This document shows positions 11,970 through 24,479 of a DNA stretch of 64,000 bases, piece after piece. The notes beneath the pieces were generated by a model, which saw nothing but the letters and a program-made list of their open reading frames with translations, searched no databases and was not told the DNA's origin. How positions within the stretch are numbered: position 1 is the stretch's first letter; every line of letters starts with the position of its first letter. The translations under genes were made by a program, and so were the position numbers. This DNA comes from Neoconidiobolus thromboides FSU 785 (lineage: Eukaryota > Fungi > Entomophthoromycota): NCBI GenBank assembly GCA_025603075.1, contig MU626369.1, positions 1 to 64,000 on the forward strand. The letters are read 5' to 3'.

Positions 11970-12427
11970 TACTTGTTGATAGAGGATGATTGGGTCTAAT
12001 TTGATTAAGTTTAAGGTTTAATGTCTTTTTTTAATAATAGTAAAATATAAATATTTTTTGTTTATTTAATATCCTTGATCTTGGACAAGTTCATAAAGCT
12101 TATTGTGCATACTTTATTTTTAAATTTGGATGTTTTTATTTATTTATTTGTTGAGTTTATATCACAAATTAATTTCTTTATCAAAAAGAAAATTTAATAT
12201 AAAAAATGGTTTAATTGATTCAGACCTAAAATATACTAAAATACAAAAAATAATAACTATTCTAATTTGAAAAGGAGCTATATTAGCTAAAAATTAGTAT
12301 TATTATATAAATATTAGATAAAATAGGTCAATTCAACATCTCTCCAATAAATATTGAAGATCATAATTCAACTTAATATAAAACTTAAAATACTCTATTT
12401 ACAAAAGCTCTTGTACCTTTCGTTTAT

Positions 12428-13250
12428 TAATTGATAATTAAATGGTACAAAAACGCCTTCAATCTCTATAGCTTGATACATTCATCTACTTAATCAACTT
12501 ATTTTATAAATAAAATTTTATAATAAAGAAGCATTGAAACTTGAAAGATTAACAGCTAATGCAACTCGATTTTATCCCTTGCAAGTTATATAGAAAACAG
12601 ACTATTTCTATTGAAAATAAGCCATCAAAGTAGCTTCAGTTATGTTAACAGAATTTTGATTTATTATTAGTCCGTCCATGTCCAAGTCCATACTTATCCC
12701 ACAGATAAAATGAATCTTTCATAAGCCTAATGATATGTCAGTCACCAAAACTAACTTAAGTTAGCTTACCTTGACCTAAATATTCACCCAAGTTGATTTC
12801 AACAGATAGATATTTTTCGCCCTCTTAGTCTCCATTTTCAGCTTTTACCTTACTACTTCATAACCCTTGGTTTTCTAAAAATTTAGCCAAGTTTTCTGAT
12901 TGAGCTAAAATATGATTTGCTTTGGAATAAGCTACTTGACTTAGTACTTTACCATCTAAACTACTATGCTAAGTCAAACCCGATTTATTTATAGATCCAC
13001 TTATGAATTCATCTCCTAACTCTCCAAATTGAAAATTTGACCAATAAATAATTCAACTTTAGTTTGTTAATGCTAAACTAAATTTATCATCCACTGTTAT
13101 CTTATTAAACTTTTCGTTCTTATCTAATATATGTAAAACTTAAAGTAGCATTCGCTTTGAAGGTTACGTTTACTGTTTTAGTAATCTACTTTATGATTTC
13201 TAGTTAATAATAAAATGGAATAAAAACCAGCGACTAGTTAAATCATTGGG
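12428..13250 (-). pseudogene. Decayed F-box/RCC1-repeat gene (C-terminal half)
   Basis: Minus-strand translation gives PMI*LVAGFYSILLLTRNHKVDY, LDKNEKFNKITVDDKFSLALTN*S*IIYW, SLDGKVLSQVA, ENLAKFLENQGL*, YLSVEINLGEYLGQGKLT*VSFGD*H, YGLGHG, VFYITCKG*NRVALAVNLS and MYQAIEIEGVFVPFN. These blocks are collinear with 47233-48732 and with the 2-175 C-terminus. Many premature stops. Confidence 0.9.
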
Positions 13251-13600
13251 TGTTTGTCATTTATCCTGTCAAGGGATCAAGACCCTAATATGCACAAGAA
13301 AACAGACTCTATTCATATTGGATTTTCCTGTATATTCTGTCATAAAAACTGAAGAATTTGACACTACTTTTGCTTGTGAAGGTAACAGATTACAGCAGTA
13401 AAAATTACTTTTTGCAATGTTCCTATTTCTCAGAAAAAAATTAATCTTGACTAAAAATTACCAATAAAACTAGTTTTATATCACAAAAAATTGATTTAAA
13501 TAAAAATTGGTTTGTTATTAAAAAGCTTAAGAATCAAAGTCACCACTGTTTTAACTAAAGCTATTATTATTTTTAAGGTTGAATTTTTATGACAGGATAT

Positions 13601-13697
13601 GTGAATGTATTTTTTTGTTTAAGAATTTTACTAACAATTATTCTACTTAAATAGTGCTTAAAAAGTGGAAAGCGATGAAATTAAAAAAAATACTCTC
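13601..13697 (+). mobile_element. MITE copy A (GGGGATGT family)
   Basis: gtgaatgtatttttttgtttaagaattttactaac...tggaaagcgatgaaattaaaaaaaatactctc; flanks ATAT/ATAT. Confidence 0.8.
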
Positions 13698-13771
13698 ATA
13701 TATACAAAACCTAATAGCTTAAAACCCAAATAGTTACCATAGCGAAAATTCCTTTATTTCTTACTACATAT

Positions 13772-13870
13772 GGGGATGTATCTTTTGTTTAAGAATTTTA
13801 CCAACAATCTTTCCACTCAAATAGCGCTTAAAAAATGGAAAAAGTTATGAAACCAAAAAAAACATCCCCC
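13772..13870 (+). mobile_element. MITE copy B (close to consensus)
   Basis: ggggatgtatcttttgtttaagaattttacc...aaatagcgcttaaaaaatggaaaaagttatgaaaccaaaaaaaacatccccc; flanks ATAT/ATAT. Confidence 0.88.
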
Positions 13871-15483
13871 ATATGATAATAGATTTAGCTAATTAAATAT
13901 ATGTGTTTTTAATTGAAGATCGTAACTTGATATATTTTGTATTGTTGCTGTAAGCCCTGCAATATGCAGTATATTCAAGCAGAAAAAATAGTTATTTGTA
14001 TTTAGCTATAATTAAAGTGGTAGTTTTATTTTACTTTAACTTTTATTTCCAAAAATATATCTTTTTGCACATCCATTACTTGATTTTCATATATACTACT
14101 TATGACATCTATACACACCTCTTACAAAAAAGTTTGAGCCAAGGAACTTGGTATTTTTATTTTGAAAACAGTTAGTTAATGGGTTAAAAGTTGATAGATC
14201 AAGTAAAAGTCTTGAAATTAATAATTTTAAGAAGTAAATTGGTTTATATTAACGTTAAAGCATATCGCTTTTCCAGACTTAGTTGCTTGATTCTTTGTTG
14301 TTTGGCAGTATATCTACTCCCTACTTATATATCTTTTTTGAATTTTACCATTAAAGATATCTTAAAAATCTTTTTTTACTATGGCCCAATACTACCATAT
14401 CAAGTCTTTTACATATAATATTTAGACCTTTTGACTGATTTATTATTTTGATCTAAAGTAGCCCATCAAAGTGGCTATTCATAGCATCAGGATTAGAATT
14501 GTATACTTTACTTTTATTGTTAGCTTATTAAATCTTGTACAAATACTTAAATTTAGAAAATTTATTCAAAACTGTTTCTATTGTCTTTTTCGAAACATTA
14601 CATTCTTTTTATATTTTTAGGACTATAAATTGGAATACTAATATGCCTTCTATCTCTATATCCCTTCTGGTCTAGCTACTTTCTATACTATTTTACAATT
14701 TATAGAGTGCTAGAGATAGTTTAAATTGAGATATTCAGTTAATGTTTAAGCTATATTATGGTGGAAAATTAAGTTTACTTTCAATTGCATAAAAATAAAT
14801 CAATAATTATAAATTTGTTTTATTTATATAAAAATATTCACTTTTATACAAATAGTGCGCTAATCTTTATAATGAAATTTTTTTAAAAAAATTATTTTAT
14901 TTTATTTCTACTTATCATTTTTTGAATAGTTAGAATTTATACATTATCTGATCGAGGCAGCATGATAGGAATTACTAAAGTGGGTAATGTGGGAAAAGTT
15001 ATTAGTGACATTGTCCTTCTTTAGTTATGAATAAGTTTTGTTTATCAACTTTTATTATTATTAATATATTAAGACACTTTGCCTTCTACTTAAAATCAAC
15101 GTTCAATTAATTTATATATCAAGTCTCTTATTACTACAACAAAATACTTTTATTTTAATTTTATTTTCTATTTTTTAATAATTTGACCATTTGAAATATT
15201 AAAACCTGACTAAGATTGTTGAGCATCTGTGATAATTTATACTATTGTTTCAAATTATCTTTCGTAATTAAACTATCATATTAGCAGTGATTTATTCTTA
15301 TTTATTTGTATTATTTTATAATTTTAATAAAGTGAATTTTAAATATTATAGAGAAATTCCAAATAGACATTGTATAAAAGATTTACTAATAATAACCACA
15401 ACTTTTAAATATTCAAATGAATTTTATTTATAAATGGTTGTAAGTAAACAACAAAATCATTCATCTAAAATTATTTAACTACC

Positions 15484-16725
15484 TTAAAGCGGTTTGGCTA
15501 TCACAGTTTCCAAAAAATAGATAACAGCTGGCGTAAGTTCTTTACCAATTGGAATAATTCTTTCAGGTGGAAGAACAAACCCATTTGGCGTGTTGGAATC
15601 GGCAGCTGGTGATAATTCAATAGTGTATCCATAAGTTTTCTGGTCGTTACCAGCATAGAACCAGTCAGATGCGGTACCAGAGCATGCATATAAATCAATA
15701 GACCTTTCATTAATGTAAGAAGTACCTGCAACATCAGCAATTTTTTGCTTAATGCCTTCTCCTAAGACCTTATGTTGTTCTTCATGAGGAGCAAGAGTTT
15801 GAGTGTCTCCATAAGGACGAAGAATAAGTTGAGAATAAGAGTGGAAGTCAATAGCTCCTAAGAAAGGACCTTGAGACTTAAAATAGTTAACGATGGCTTG
15901 AGTTTCAGGTTCAGAAGCAGCAAAAGGACCACGGTAAGTATTTGAAAATGGAACAGTGGAAGCACCTGGACCACCCCATCCATATGGAAAGTTTCGATTA
16001 ATATCAACACCTATACTACCGCTTACTGAACGGCGGTTTTTACGCCATAAACGGTCACCCTTCCAAGTGTAGGCATAGCCATCTGGATTAACGACTGGTA
16101 CAGCAATAATTTCAATTTGATCTAATAAAGATTTAATGGCTGGGTCGCTTTGACGGTTAGTGATTAAATGATCCAAAACATATTGTAAAGTAGATCCACT
16201 GATCCATTCACGAGCATGGATTAAAGATTCAAAGTACACCTTTTTCTTTGGAGTCCTTGTCGGATTGGTAATATGAATAGCAAATAGATCACGGCCTTGA
16301 TCAGATTTACCAATAGATGGGACGAATTTAACTGCATCTGAGTTAGATGAAGCTAAAGAAGAGTACCAAGATTTAATGTCCTCGTACTTATGGTAGTTAG
16401 AGAACCAATCGTCATTAGCAGCTTTTGATTCAATTTGTGAAAATGAATCGTAAATTTGACTTTGTAAATCTTCAATTAAAACCTTGTATTCTAAAGAGCC
16501 ACCGCTGACTCTATTTAAGGAAGCTAGTTGAGAAGGAGTAACACGAGCACTAATAAGATCTACGCTTTGGCTCCAAACATCAATTTGATCAAGGATTGGA
16601 TTGATCTTATCATTGGTTTTGAATTGAATAACTTTTTGTCCGGTATAAGTTGCTATAGTGGATGGACTAGCGAATATTGAAGAAATAGCAGCTAAAGTAC
16701 CAAAAGCAATAGAAGTGAATTTCAT
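15484..16725 (-). CDS. Secreted zinc carboxypeptidase A-like (M14A) preproenzyme
   Basis: Signal peptide MKFTSIAFGTLAAISSIFA and a propeptide. Zinc and catalytic motifs IHAREW, NPDGY, WRKNR, GVDINRNF, DFHSY, LYACSG and YTIEL. Confidence 0.95.
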   Translation of the reverse strand: MKFTSIAFGTLAAISSIFASPSTIATYTGQKVIQFKTNDKINPILDQIDVWSQSVDLISARVTPSQLASLNRVSGGSLEYKVLIEDLQSQIYDSFSQIESKAANDDWFSNYHKYEDIKSWYSSLASSNSDAVKFVPSIGKSDQGRDLFAIHITNPTRTPKKKVYFESLIHAREWISGSTLQYVLDHLITNRQSDPAIKSLLDQIEIIAVPVVNPDGYAYTWKGDRLWRKNRRSVSGSIGVDINRNFPYGWGGPGASTVPFSNTYRGPFAASEPETQAIVNYFKSQGPFLGAIDFHSYSQLILRPYGDTQTLAPHEEQHKVLGEGIKQKIADVAGTSYINERSIDLYACSGTASDWFYAGNDQKTYGYTIELSPAADSNTPNGFVLPPERIIPIGKELTPAVIYFLETVIAKPL

Positions 16726-16737
16726 TTTTAAAATTTT

Positions 16738-16811
16738 TTAATAATATTATTAAAAAATATTCAAATTAATAAAGGTTTTTTAATTTGAATATTTTTTAAT
16801 AATATTATTAA
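16738..16811. repeat. Perfect 32-bp inverted repeat, 10-nt spacer, just upstream of the M14 ATG
   Basis: 16738-16769 (ttaataatattattaaaaaatattcaaattaa) is the exact reverse complement of 16780-16811. Confidence 0.93.
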
Positions 16812-19500
16812 GCGCTCTTATATTCTTTATATAACTCTCTAATATTTGGTATATTTGGTTATAATTTTAAATTATATGACCAACTTATAACATGTAGTAT
16901 ACTTTAAACTAAAATAAAAAATATGATTATTTTAAGTAGACTAAATTAGATATAATTAGCAAATATGTAGTTGGGAATTCTTAATTGGGGTTGTTTTTAT
17001 TTTATGGTCTTTTTCTTCATCACACGATAGTCTTTTGATTTAATTCATCTATACAATAAGTGGGTTGTGAGATACGTACTCTTTTTTTTCATCATAAAAC
17101 AAATCATTATTGATTAAAGTTTCCTTATTTTAAATTTTATTTGGGTATTAGTGCAACTTGAAGTAATAGCTCTAAACACCAAAACATATATTAATACTGC
17201 TTACACTTTTCTCAATTTTAATGTGAATTACTATAAAAAAGTGACTAATTGACCCATCCTCTTTTACTTAAAATTCACTGATACAATGTATTGATTATGG
17301 GCACAAAGTAAACTGCACTGGTCAAATCATTAACATTAATAAATGTAATGATGACGAGTCACCCAATCTCATTGCTATTTAATTAAATATAAATGGGTAA
17401 GTTTAAAAGCTCGATTAAAGAATAAAATTTCTTTCCACTTTTTTTGTCCATCTTCTATATAGCGTAAATAGATAATGAACAAAAAAACATTCCCATGTAA
17501 AGTAATTTTAAAATTGAACAAAAAAGCAAATATTTCCGTAGTACTTAATGCTTAATTCGTAACCTTTACTAAAAATCTAAATTAGACAAAAATTGAACCA
17601 GGCTTTTAACTAACTCAATATAAAAATATATTTAAATATGTTGTTTAACCCAATTCAGTGAGCTAAAAAACAAGCACCTTTGAATAAAGTTAAATAAAAT
17701 CACAGAAATATCATCCTTTGGAAACATTTAAAAGTATAAAAAGATAGTTAAATATTAGCCATATTTAATAGTATAAAAATTATAATATATTTTTAAAAAT
17801 TTCAGCTTATAACTCATTTAATTTAAGCTGTTTTCTCCTATTTTGATTAATTTTACAAAAATTTTGTTATATACCAATCATATTGTTAAGGCTTTGTCGT
17901 TATAACCACAATTTTTTATTAATGTGAAATGCTTACTTTATTTTTTTTAATATAATATTTACATCAATTTATATTTAAATTGATGTATTTAATTATTTTA
18001 CTCAAGACGAATTTTTAACCCAATTTAGGCTAATAGATCAATAGCATATACAGTTTTAAAGTTAAAATTTTTATAAATTTAGTTCCAATGTATTATATGA
18101 AGGTGTCTAAATTGGTTTCATTTTTTCATCCAATTTTTAAATATCTTGTATTCTAAAATTTTGCTTAAAATTCTATAAAAATAAGTTCTTTATTAATAGC
18201 AAAAGTACCTGACATAGTTTTAAACATTCTATTATAATTTATATCGTAACTTAGCAAAATTTCTATTAAATTTAATAGAACTTTCCAGATTAGTAAATCT
18301 TTTATTAATATAACCTATATATTGATATTAATCAAAATCGTAATATATAAACAAATCCATATTTTTATAAAACTCCATTAAGAAATATTTACTATTGACT
18401 GCTTTATAGCCAACATTACAAATTCGCTATTAAATAAATAAATAAATTACTTTAATGCTATAATTATATTATTAATATATTACTAAGTTGATAAACAGCT
18501 ACATGGGAGGGAGTGGTTAGTCTTAAAATTACAATCAACTAACTATCTTTATATAATACAAGCAATATGATAATAATTTGAGTAATATTAACATTTAACA
18601 ATCAATTTTTATGAGTTAATAAATCGCTTAGTAAATATTAGAATTTTTAAATTTTATCTATTTTTATAAGATAAGCTGGACTGATCTTTTAATTTTTTTA
18701 TTTCTATGAATTTCATAACTTTGGTTAGAATTATATCACTTTTTTTGATTTATCAAATACTGAATAACAGCGTAGTTTATTGTTATGCTTAATAAAATAT
18801 AGATACTTTTTGATATTAAAAAGTTTTTATATTTTTTTTATATTTTTTAAAAATTGTGTTTATTTCCTTATTATTAGCAGTTAAGCTATTAGCTTTGTTA
18901 TATCTACAAACAAAACTATCAGATTTTAAAACTAGTTAACTAATATCTTCTATTTTGCTTAATGCTTTAAAATATCACCATGTTAGCTCTATGATTGACT
19001 ATAGCATAATAATCATTCAAGCCGTTGTGCTCTCGAGTTCAGGCACAATCAACCCCAAGCTTCTATTTTGTTTTTCTATGAGAATCTTTGTCATGTAATT
19101 CCGAAGAACATTATCTTTCCGTTCTGATATCCATATTTGCTGAAGTATAAAAGAGATTTTAGAATATAGTAGCCCGAGACTTTTTAACTGAATTATTCCC
19201 TGATATCTCGTACATTTAATAAAGTCAATAAGTTTACTTAGTAGTATTTACGTAGATTTTACATTAGTATTATCTATTCTATTAGTCTTACATAGTATAT
19301 AGCCTATTACGCGCTATTCTTCATAATTCAAGTCTATCTTAGTCACATAAACTAAGACCTTTCGACTTACAGTATAGTCTACCAGGCAATAGCTGCTTTT
19401 AGCTCCAATCACTGAGTATCAGATTTCACATCTTTTTATATTTTTAATAATAGATTATAACATTAATATTTTATCCTTAATTATTTTTGAACAATTTTAT

Positions 19501-19599
19501 GAGGATGTTTTTTTGATCTTATCATTTTTTCCATTTTTCAAAGTGTTATTTAAGTAGAATAATCGTTAATAAAATCTTTAAACAAAAAAATACATCCCC
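19501..19599 (-). mobile_element. MITE copy C
   Basis: gaggatgtttttttgatc...aaacaaaaaaatacatcccc; flanks TTAT/ATAT. Confidence 0.85.
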
Positions 19600-20032
19600 A
19601 TATTGATTTATTTGTATATTAAATCTAGAACTTTTACATTTATCAAAAGAATATACTAAAGCTATAGCTGATAATAACGCTACTTGTTGGTTTTTATTTT
19701 CGTTTCCTTCAAAATATTAATTTTACACATTGATCAATTAAGTTTGTTATTATTAATAGTAAACTTTGATAATATTCCTTTTCTTTTATTCTATTATAAA
19801 ATCCTATAAACTTTAGGCTCTTGTAAATAGTTGCCAAAATTGATATAAATGAATTACAATGTTCATATAATGTGCCTCTCGCTATTGCATTAAAATTTTT
19901 AAAATTCTATTTTGAAGTTTAGTTATAAAAGCTTGTATTGTTTTTATTTTAGTAAAAAATAAAGTAATTAAAACAAGTCTTTTAAGTTAATTTTTTTATT
20001 TAACTAAGATTTTTAAATTTAAATAATCAAAT

Positions 20033-20128
20033 GAAGATATTTTTTTGATTTCATCATTTTTTCCATTTTTTAGGCACTATTTGAGTGATAAAGACTGCTT
20101 GTAAAATTCTTAAAAAAATACATCCCCC
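20033..20128 (-). mobile_element. MITE copy D
   Basis: gaagatattttttt...gatttcatcattttttcc...aaaaaaatacatccccc; flanks are not matched (AAAT/ATTA). Confidence 0.8.
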
Positions 20129-20568
20129 ATTATTAAGAATTTATAAATTAACTTGAATCTTGGATTAAGTTTTAGCTAAGTTCTGAAACCAATTTGAACA
20201 TCCCATATTTAGTATAAAAGTTTATTACAGTTTGTTAAAAATCTTTAATATAATTAGTCAAAACAAAATTAATAAAAGTTAAATTTTAGACTAATAATAA
20301 AAATTGAAAATATTAATTTATATAATATAAAAGTTAATCTAATAAGATTGAGATTGAACTTGGAGATAAATGTATACATCTAAACAACACTAGCAACTTT
20401 TTATATTTTTTATATTTTTTATATTTTTTATCGCTACCCAAAGATACTTTATCTTTTGTTTCACCAAATTAAATTTCTCGTTAAATTAGATTTTATTACT
20501 ATTCTGTAAATTGCTAGTAGATGTTATAATCACACATTTAGTACATCCCTAATCTAAAATTAGTAAAT

Positions 20569-20667
20569 GGGGATGTATTTCTATGTTTAAGAATTTTACT
20601 AATAAATTTTCCGCTTAAATAGCACTTAAAAAATGGAAAAAATAATGGAGTCAAAAAAAACACTCCC
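20569..20667 (+). mobile_element. MITE copy E
   Basis: ggggatgtatttctatgtttaagaattttact...aaaaaaaacactccc; flanks AAAT/AAAT. Confidence 0.85.
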
Positions 20668-22585
20668 AAATAGTAAAAAGCCAAAATGTCACAAAATAAA
20701 ACCTTTAGCCCTAATTATCGACTTATTTTATTACTAAAATCACCTTTTTTTAAAGAGAATCTAATACTTTTTAGCAAATTTTTTGACAAAAGCCCATTTT
20801 AAATTATTTATTACTGGAGTGTTTTAAAATAAAAATGAGTAATTTTAAAATAGCAATGCCAAAAAACGTTATTTCAGCATTTTCTCGCTCTATCTAAGGA
20901 TGACTCCTTAGCATTTAATAACTTCTAATGACAAAATTTAAACAATTTTAAATTTTTAAATAATAAACATCAAAAAATCGCTTTAATTGTATTTATCCCT
21001 GATTAAAAAATTAAATTTTAGAAATTAAGGTAATCAAATGAAATTATTATAAAGATATTACTATATAAAAATAACCATAGAACAATATAAAAGCTAATGG
21101 AATCAAATTAGCCTTATAGCTTTGTTCCATTTAAACTAACGATATCTTTCATTTATTTATTAACATATATTATATAAACAAGTACTGAGTCTGGGTTCTA
21201 TTATTAGGTACAATATAATTTAAAGAATTATTTCACTTTGCTTTAAGCTTTAAGGATTGTAGCATGTGACACATAAGTAATTGAAGTTGGTAACTTTAAG
21301 TTACTTTATGAGAATTTAAATACAAAAGTATTAAATTTGGTAATTTAATAATAACTAAGTCACATTATTAATACAAAAGAAGGTTCAAATACAAATGAAC
21401 TTTTGTAATCTTTATAGATTTCGTATCAATCCTTATAATAGTACTAAGTTTTTAAACAAAACTAAGTGTCTTAAGTTTCAAGATATTGAGTATAAAACAT
21501 AACTAAAACTTGAATTAGAAAAAGCAAAATTTAGAACTGTATTAGCTTATTAAATATAAAATATTATATAATGATTATATTTAAGAGTAATCAGTAATTT
21601 TATTTGTTTAGTTTATAAACTAGAGATTCTAAATGTAATAATATATCATAAAAAACTAAAGTTACAAAAAATAACCACTATATTTTTTATGAAAGTAATT
21701 TATAATGGGCGATATATATTTTATAAAATATATAGATTGTCACTTTTAAGTCTTTGTTTCCAGCCTATTGATTACCTAAATGTTGAATTATCATTTGTAG
21801 ATTATCAGTAATTCAAATAACTAAAATCCTTAAAACTAATTGACCTGATGAAGAATTGTAATGTCATATTTTTCTAATATGGAAAAATAAAATAAAATAC
21901 AGTATTTCCATCACACTTAGGTATAAAAAATTGTTTAAGGAGTAATCTATTACCATATTAAGTATAACGTTGTAACAGTTCTATGTTTTTATTTATTTGT
22001 AATTTTGATACTCAATATCACTCTAAAATATCATACTTCAAAGCTGCAAATCTTAATAACATAAATCAGTAATTAATTTATCTTAAGTTTTGTAACCTTT
22101 ATAACTGATTTAATTTTAACTTTGATTTTAATCTAATAAAATTATACACCTATTTTGAGTTAACTTTAATTACCATATTCTATTTAACTTAAATCTAGAT
22201 AAAATATGTATTAGTTACTTTTATCTTAATTTACCCAACAGTTGTTTATTTTCAAAGCAAAGATAGATTTAGAGGATAGTATACCTAATATGGTATTTAA
22301 ATGCTTATTAAAAAAGAGTGGTTTGAGTAACATAATTTAGATAACTGAAAACATGAACCAAAGTTGGTCTGTATCTTTCTTACTAGTATACCTCTCCGAT
22401 TATAACTATATATTCTTTTGTTTATCTATATAATAAATAGGATAAACTTCATACATTCTATAGATATATTCAAACAAACCATTTCCCCCTTAAGTGGTTT
22501 TATTATCCCTTTAGAAATTAAGAAATTTACAGTTAATATTCTCGTAAAATTATCTTTGCATAATTTAGATAAGCGTAATCAATAT

Positions 22586-22680
22586 GGGGATGTATTTGTT
22601 TGAAAATTTTACTAACAGTTATTCTACTCAAATAGTGCTTGAAAAATGGAAAAAATGACAAAATCAAAAAGAATATCCCC
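22586..22680 (+). mobile_element. MITE copy F
   Basis: ggggatgtatttgtttgaaaattttactaac...aaaaagaatatcccc; flanks ATAT/ATAT. Confidence 0.85.
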
Positions 22681-23687
22681 ATATGTAACTTATTAGAGGG
22701 GGCATAACTCAAAATAGGAAAAATAAAGTTTTAATTGCTTTATTTCACAAACTTTAGGGTCTATCAACAAATTATGAAGATTCAACATGAAGTAATAAAA
22801 TTTGGAGTAAACAGAAGCTTAGATAAATTTGGTCGTTGATAAAAATCAATTGTTTCATGTAAGAAAAAAAACAAACTTAAATTGCTCTAGGAGTTTGGAT
22901 AAACCATGATTTCTAAGGATACAGTAAAAATTTATTGAAAGATCACGGTGATATTGATTGGTTGTATTTTTATAAAAAAATAAAGGACTCGATCGATGTC
23001 TAAAGAAATTGCGTAAAATAGGGATAATCATAAACAAGCTATTTTTTTTATGAATGGAGATATTTTAAGGAAATATCAAGTTTTTTAAAAATGTGTGTAT
23101 TGTAGTTTGAAAATATTAAAAACTATTTTATAATACGACCTAAAACTTTGTGTTATCATGAAAAATGATATCTTGCCAATATATTATAATTTATCGATAT
23201 ATATTGATATGATTATACGTTGTTTTATAGTAAAATTCAGATCAAAACTACGAAAGTGAAATCAGTATACCATACAGTTACTAATAGTTACTAAAGTTGA
23301 TTAATAAATCCAGATTCAATATTACAGAGAAAGGGGATTATAACAGAAAAATTTCAAAAACTATAACTAAAAATACTAAGCTTGTAATATAAGGTTAAAC
23401 CTAATATTCAATTATCATTAACTCTAAGTTGTGACTAAGTAGTATTATCTATTAGACTTTGTTTTACTTTTAATTTAACATAGAAATTTTAATTATAGAT
23501 ACATCTTTTGTATAATCTAATAATAAGTTCTGATTTAGAGATTTTTAAACAACGTTAATCTTAATTTTGATTAAAATGCATTCTAAATTTATCTTTAAAT
23601 GTAACTTATTGCATAAATAGAAATAAGAATCAAAAAGTATAAATAGTTAAGGATAAGAAATTTTTTAAATTATTTATTTATTTTATA

Positions 23688-24479
23688 ATGAACTTGAATA
23701 ATATAATGTTTAATAATTCCAAAGAGAATCAAGAAAAAAAATTCAAGCCCTTTGGAATGGAATCCTTTATAGGCCACATTCAAACTGTTAAAGATGCATT
23801 ACTGCTCTTTGAGGCTGTAAGAAGTAACAACCTAAAGTGCATTGAAAGGAGGCTAAACGTAGCTGAAAGAAATAACATAAAGTCTGGTGCAACGTTCATA
23901 TTCGATGAACAACAGTCTGGGTTACAAAGATGGACAGATGGGTATTCGTGGTCAACGTCAAGAGTAAAAGGCCACTTCTTAGTATATGAACAAAAGAACC
24001 AAATGGACCCCTTATTTAAAAAAACAATATCGGTTGTCACAAGAGATAATAAAAAGTATTGCTTAGTCAATTATTATTATGGTAGAGATCTAGATAGTAA
24101 TTGCTTAGTTACTCCAAAAGATTTACAAAGGTTTCAATCATACTCAATTCCAGCTGGATTTTATTTCAAGTTCTCCTCTTCTTTAAAAGATGGTGCAAAG
24201 TCTTTTAAATTAACTCCATTAAGTGCAAATGATGATAGTGATGTATATACAAAAGAAGCTATTAAGCGTCCTAATCCTTTTGATTTACTTTTTAACCACG
24301 ATAATATGACAACAACTTCTTCAATATCTACATTGCATCACTTCCCTAGCACCTCAGTACCCCAAATCAACTATGAGAATACTTACCATGATACAAATAC
24401 TTATAAGTCATACCCTACTTCTAGTTCTATGAAGTTACCAGGTATACAGTCATTACTTTTACGTGGTGATTATAATTAA
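23688..24479 (+). CDS. Gti1/Pac2 (WOPR) family transcription factor
   Basis: GHIQTVKDALLLFEA, ERNNIKSGATFIFDE, SGLQRWTDGYSWSTSR, FLVY, LFKKTISV, LVNYY; Ser/Thr-rich tail ending LPGIQSLL. Confidence 0.92.
   Translation: MNLNNIMFNNSKENQEKKFKPFGMESFIGHIQTVKDALLLFEAVRSNNLKCIERRLNVAERNNIKSGATFIFDEQQSGLQRWTDGYSWSTSRVKGHFLVYEQKNQMDPLFKKTISVVTRDNKKYCLVNYYYGRDLDSNCLVTPKDLQRFQSYSIPAGFYFKFSSSLKDGAKSFKLTPLSANDDSDVYTKEAIKRPNPFDLLFNHDNMTTTSSISTLHHFPSTSVPQINYENTYHDTNTYKSYPTSSSMKLPGIQSLLLRGDYN

Noticed and set aside
14191-14800. 60-75 aa ORF and slightly GC-richer tract; possible decayed gene
   Set aside because: No recognisable motif on either strand and no ATG-led frame of convincing length.
19017-19247. 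About 77 open codons on the minus strand in a GC-richer patch (LLSKLIDFIKCTRYQG...IWISERKDNVLRNY...)
   Set aside because: No start, splice context or family motif. One such run is plausible by chance; blastx would be needed to call it a relic.
22418-22603. ORFs 22418-22603, 25351-25605 and 46105-46389
   Set aside because: They run across or into MITE copies F, G and J and AT-rich flanks; artefacts of the repeat.
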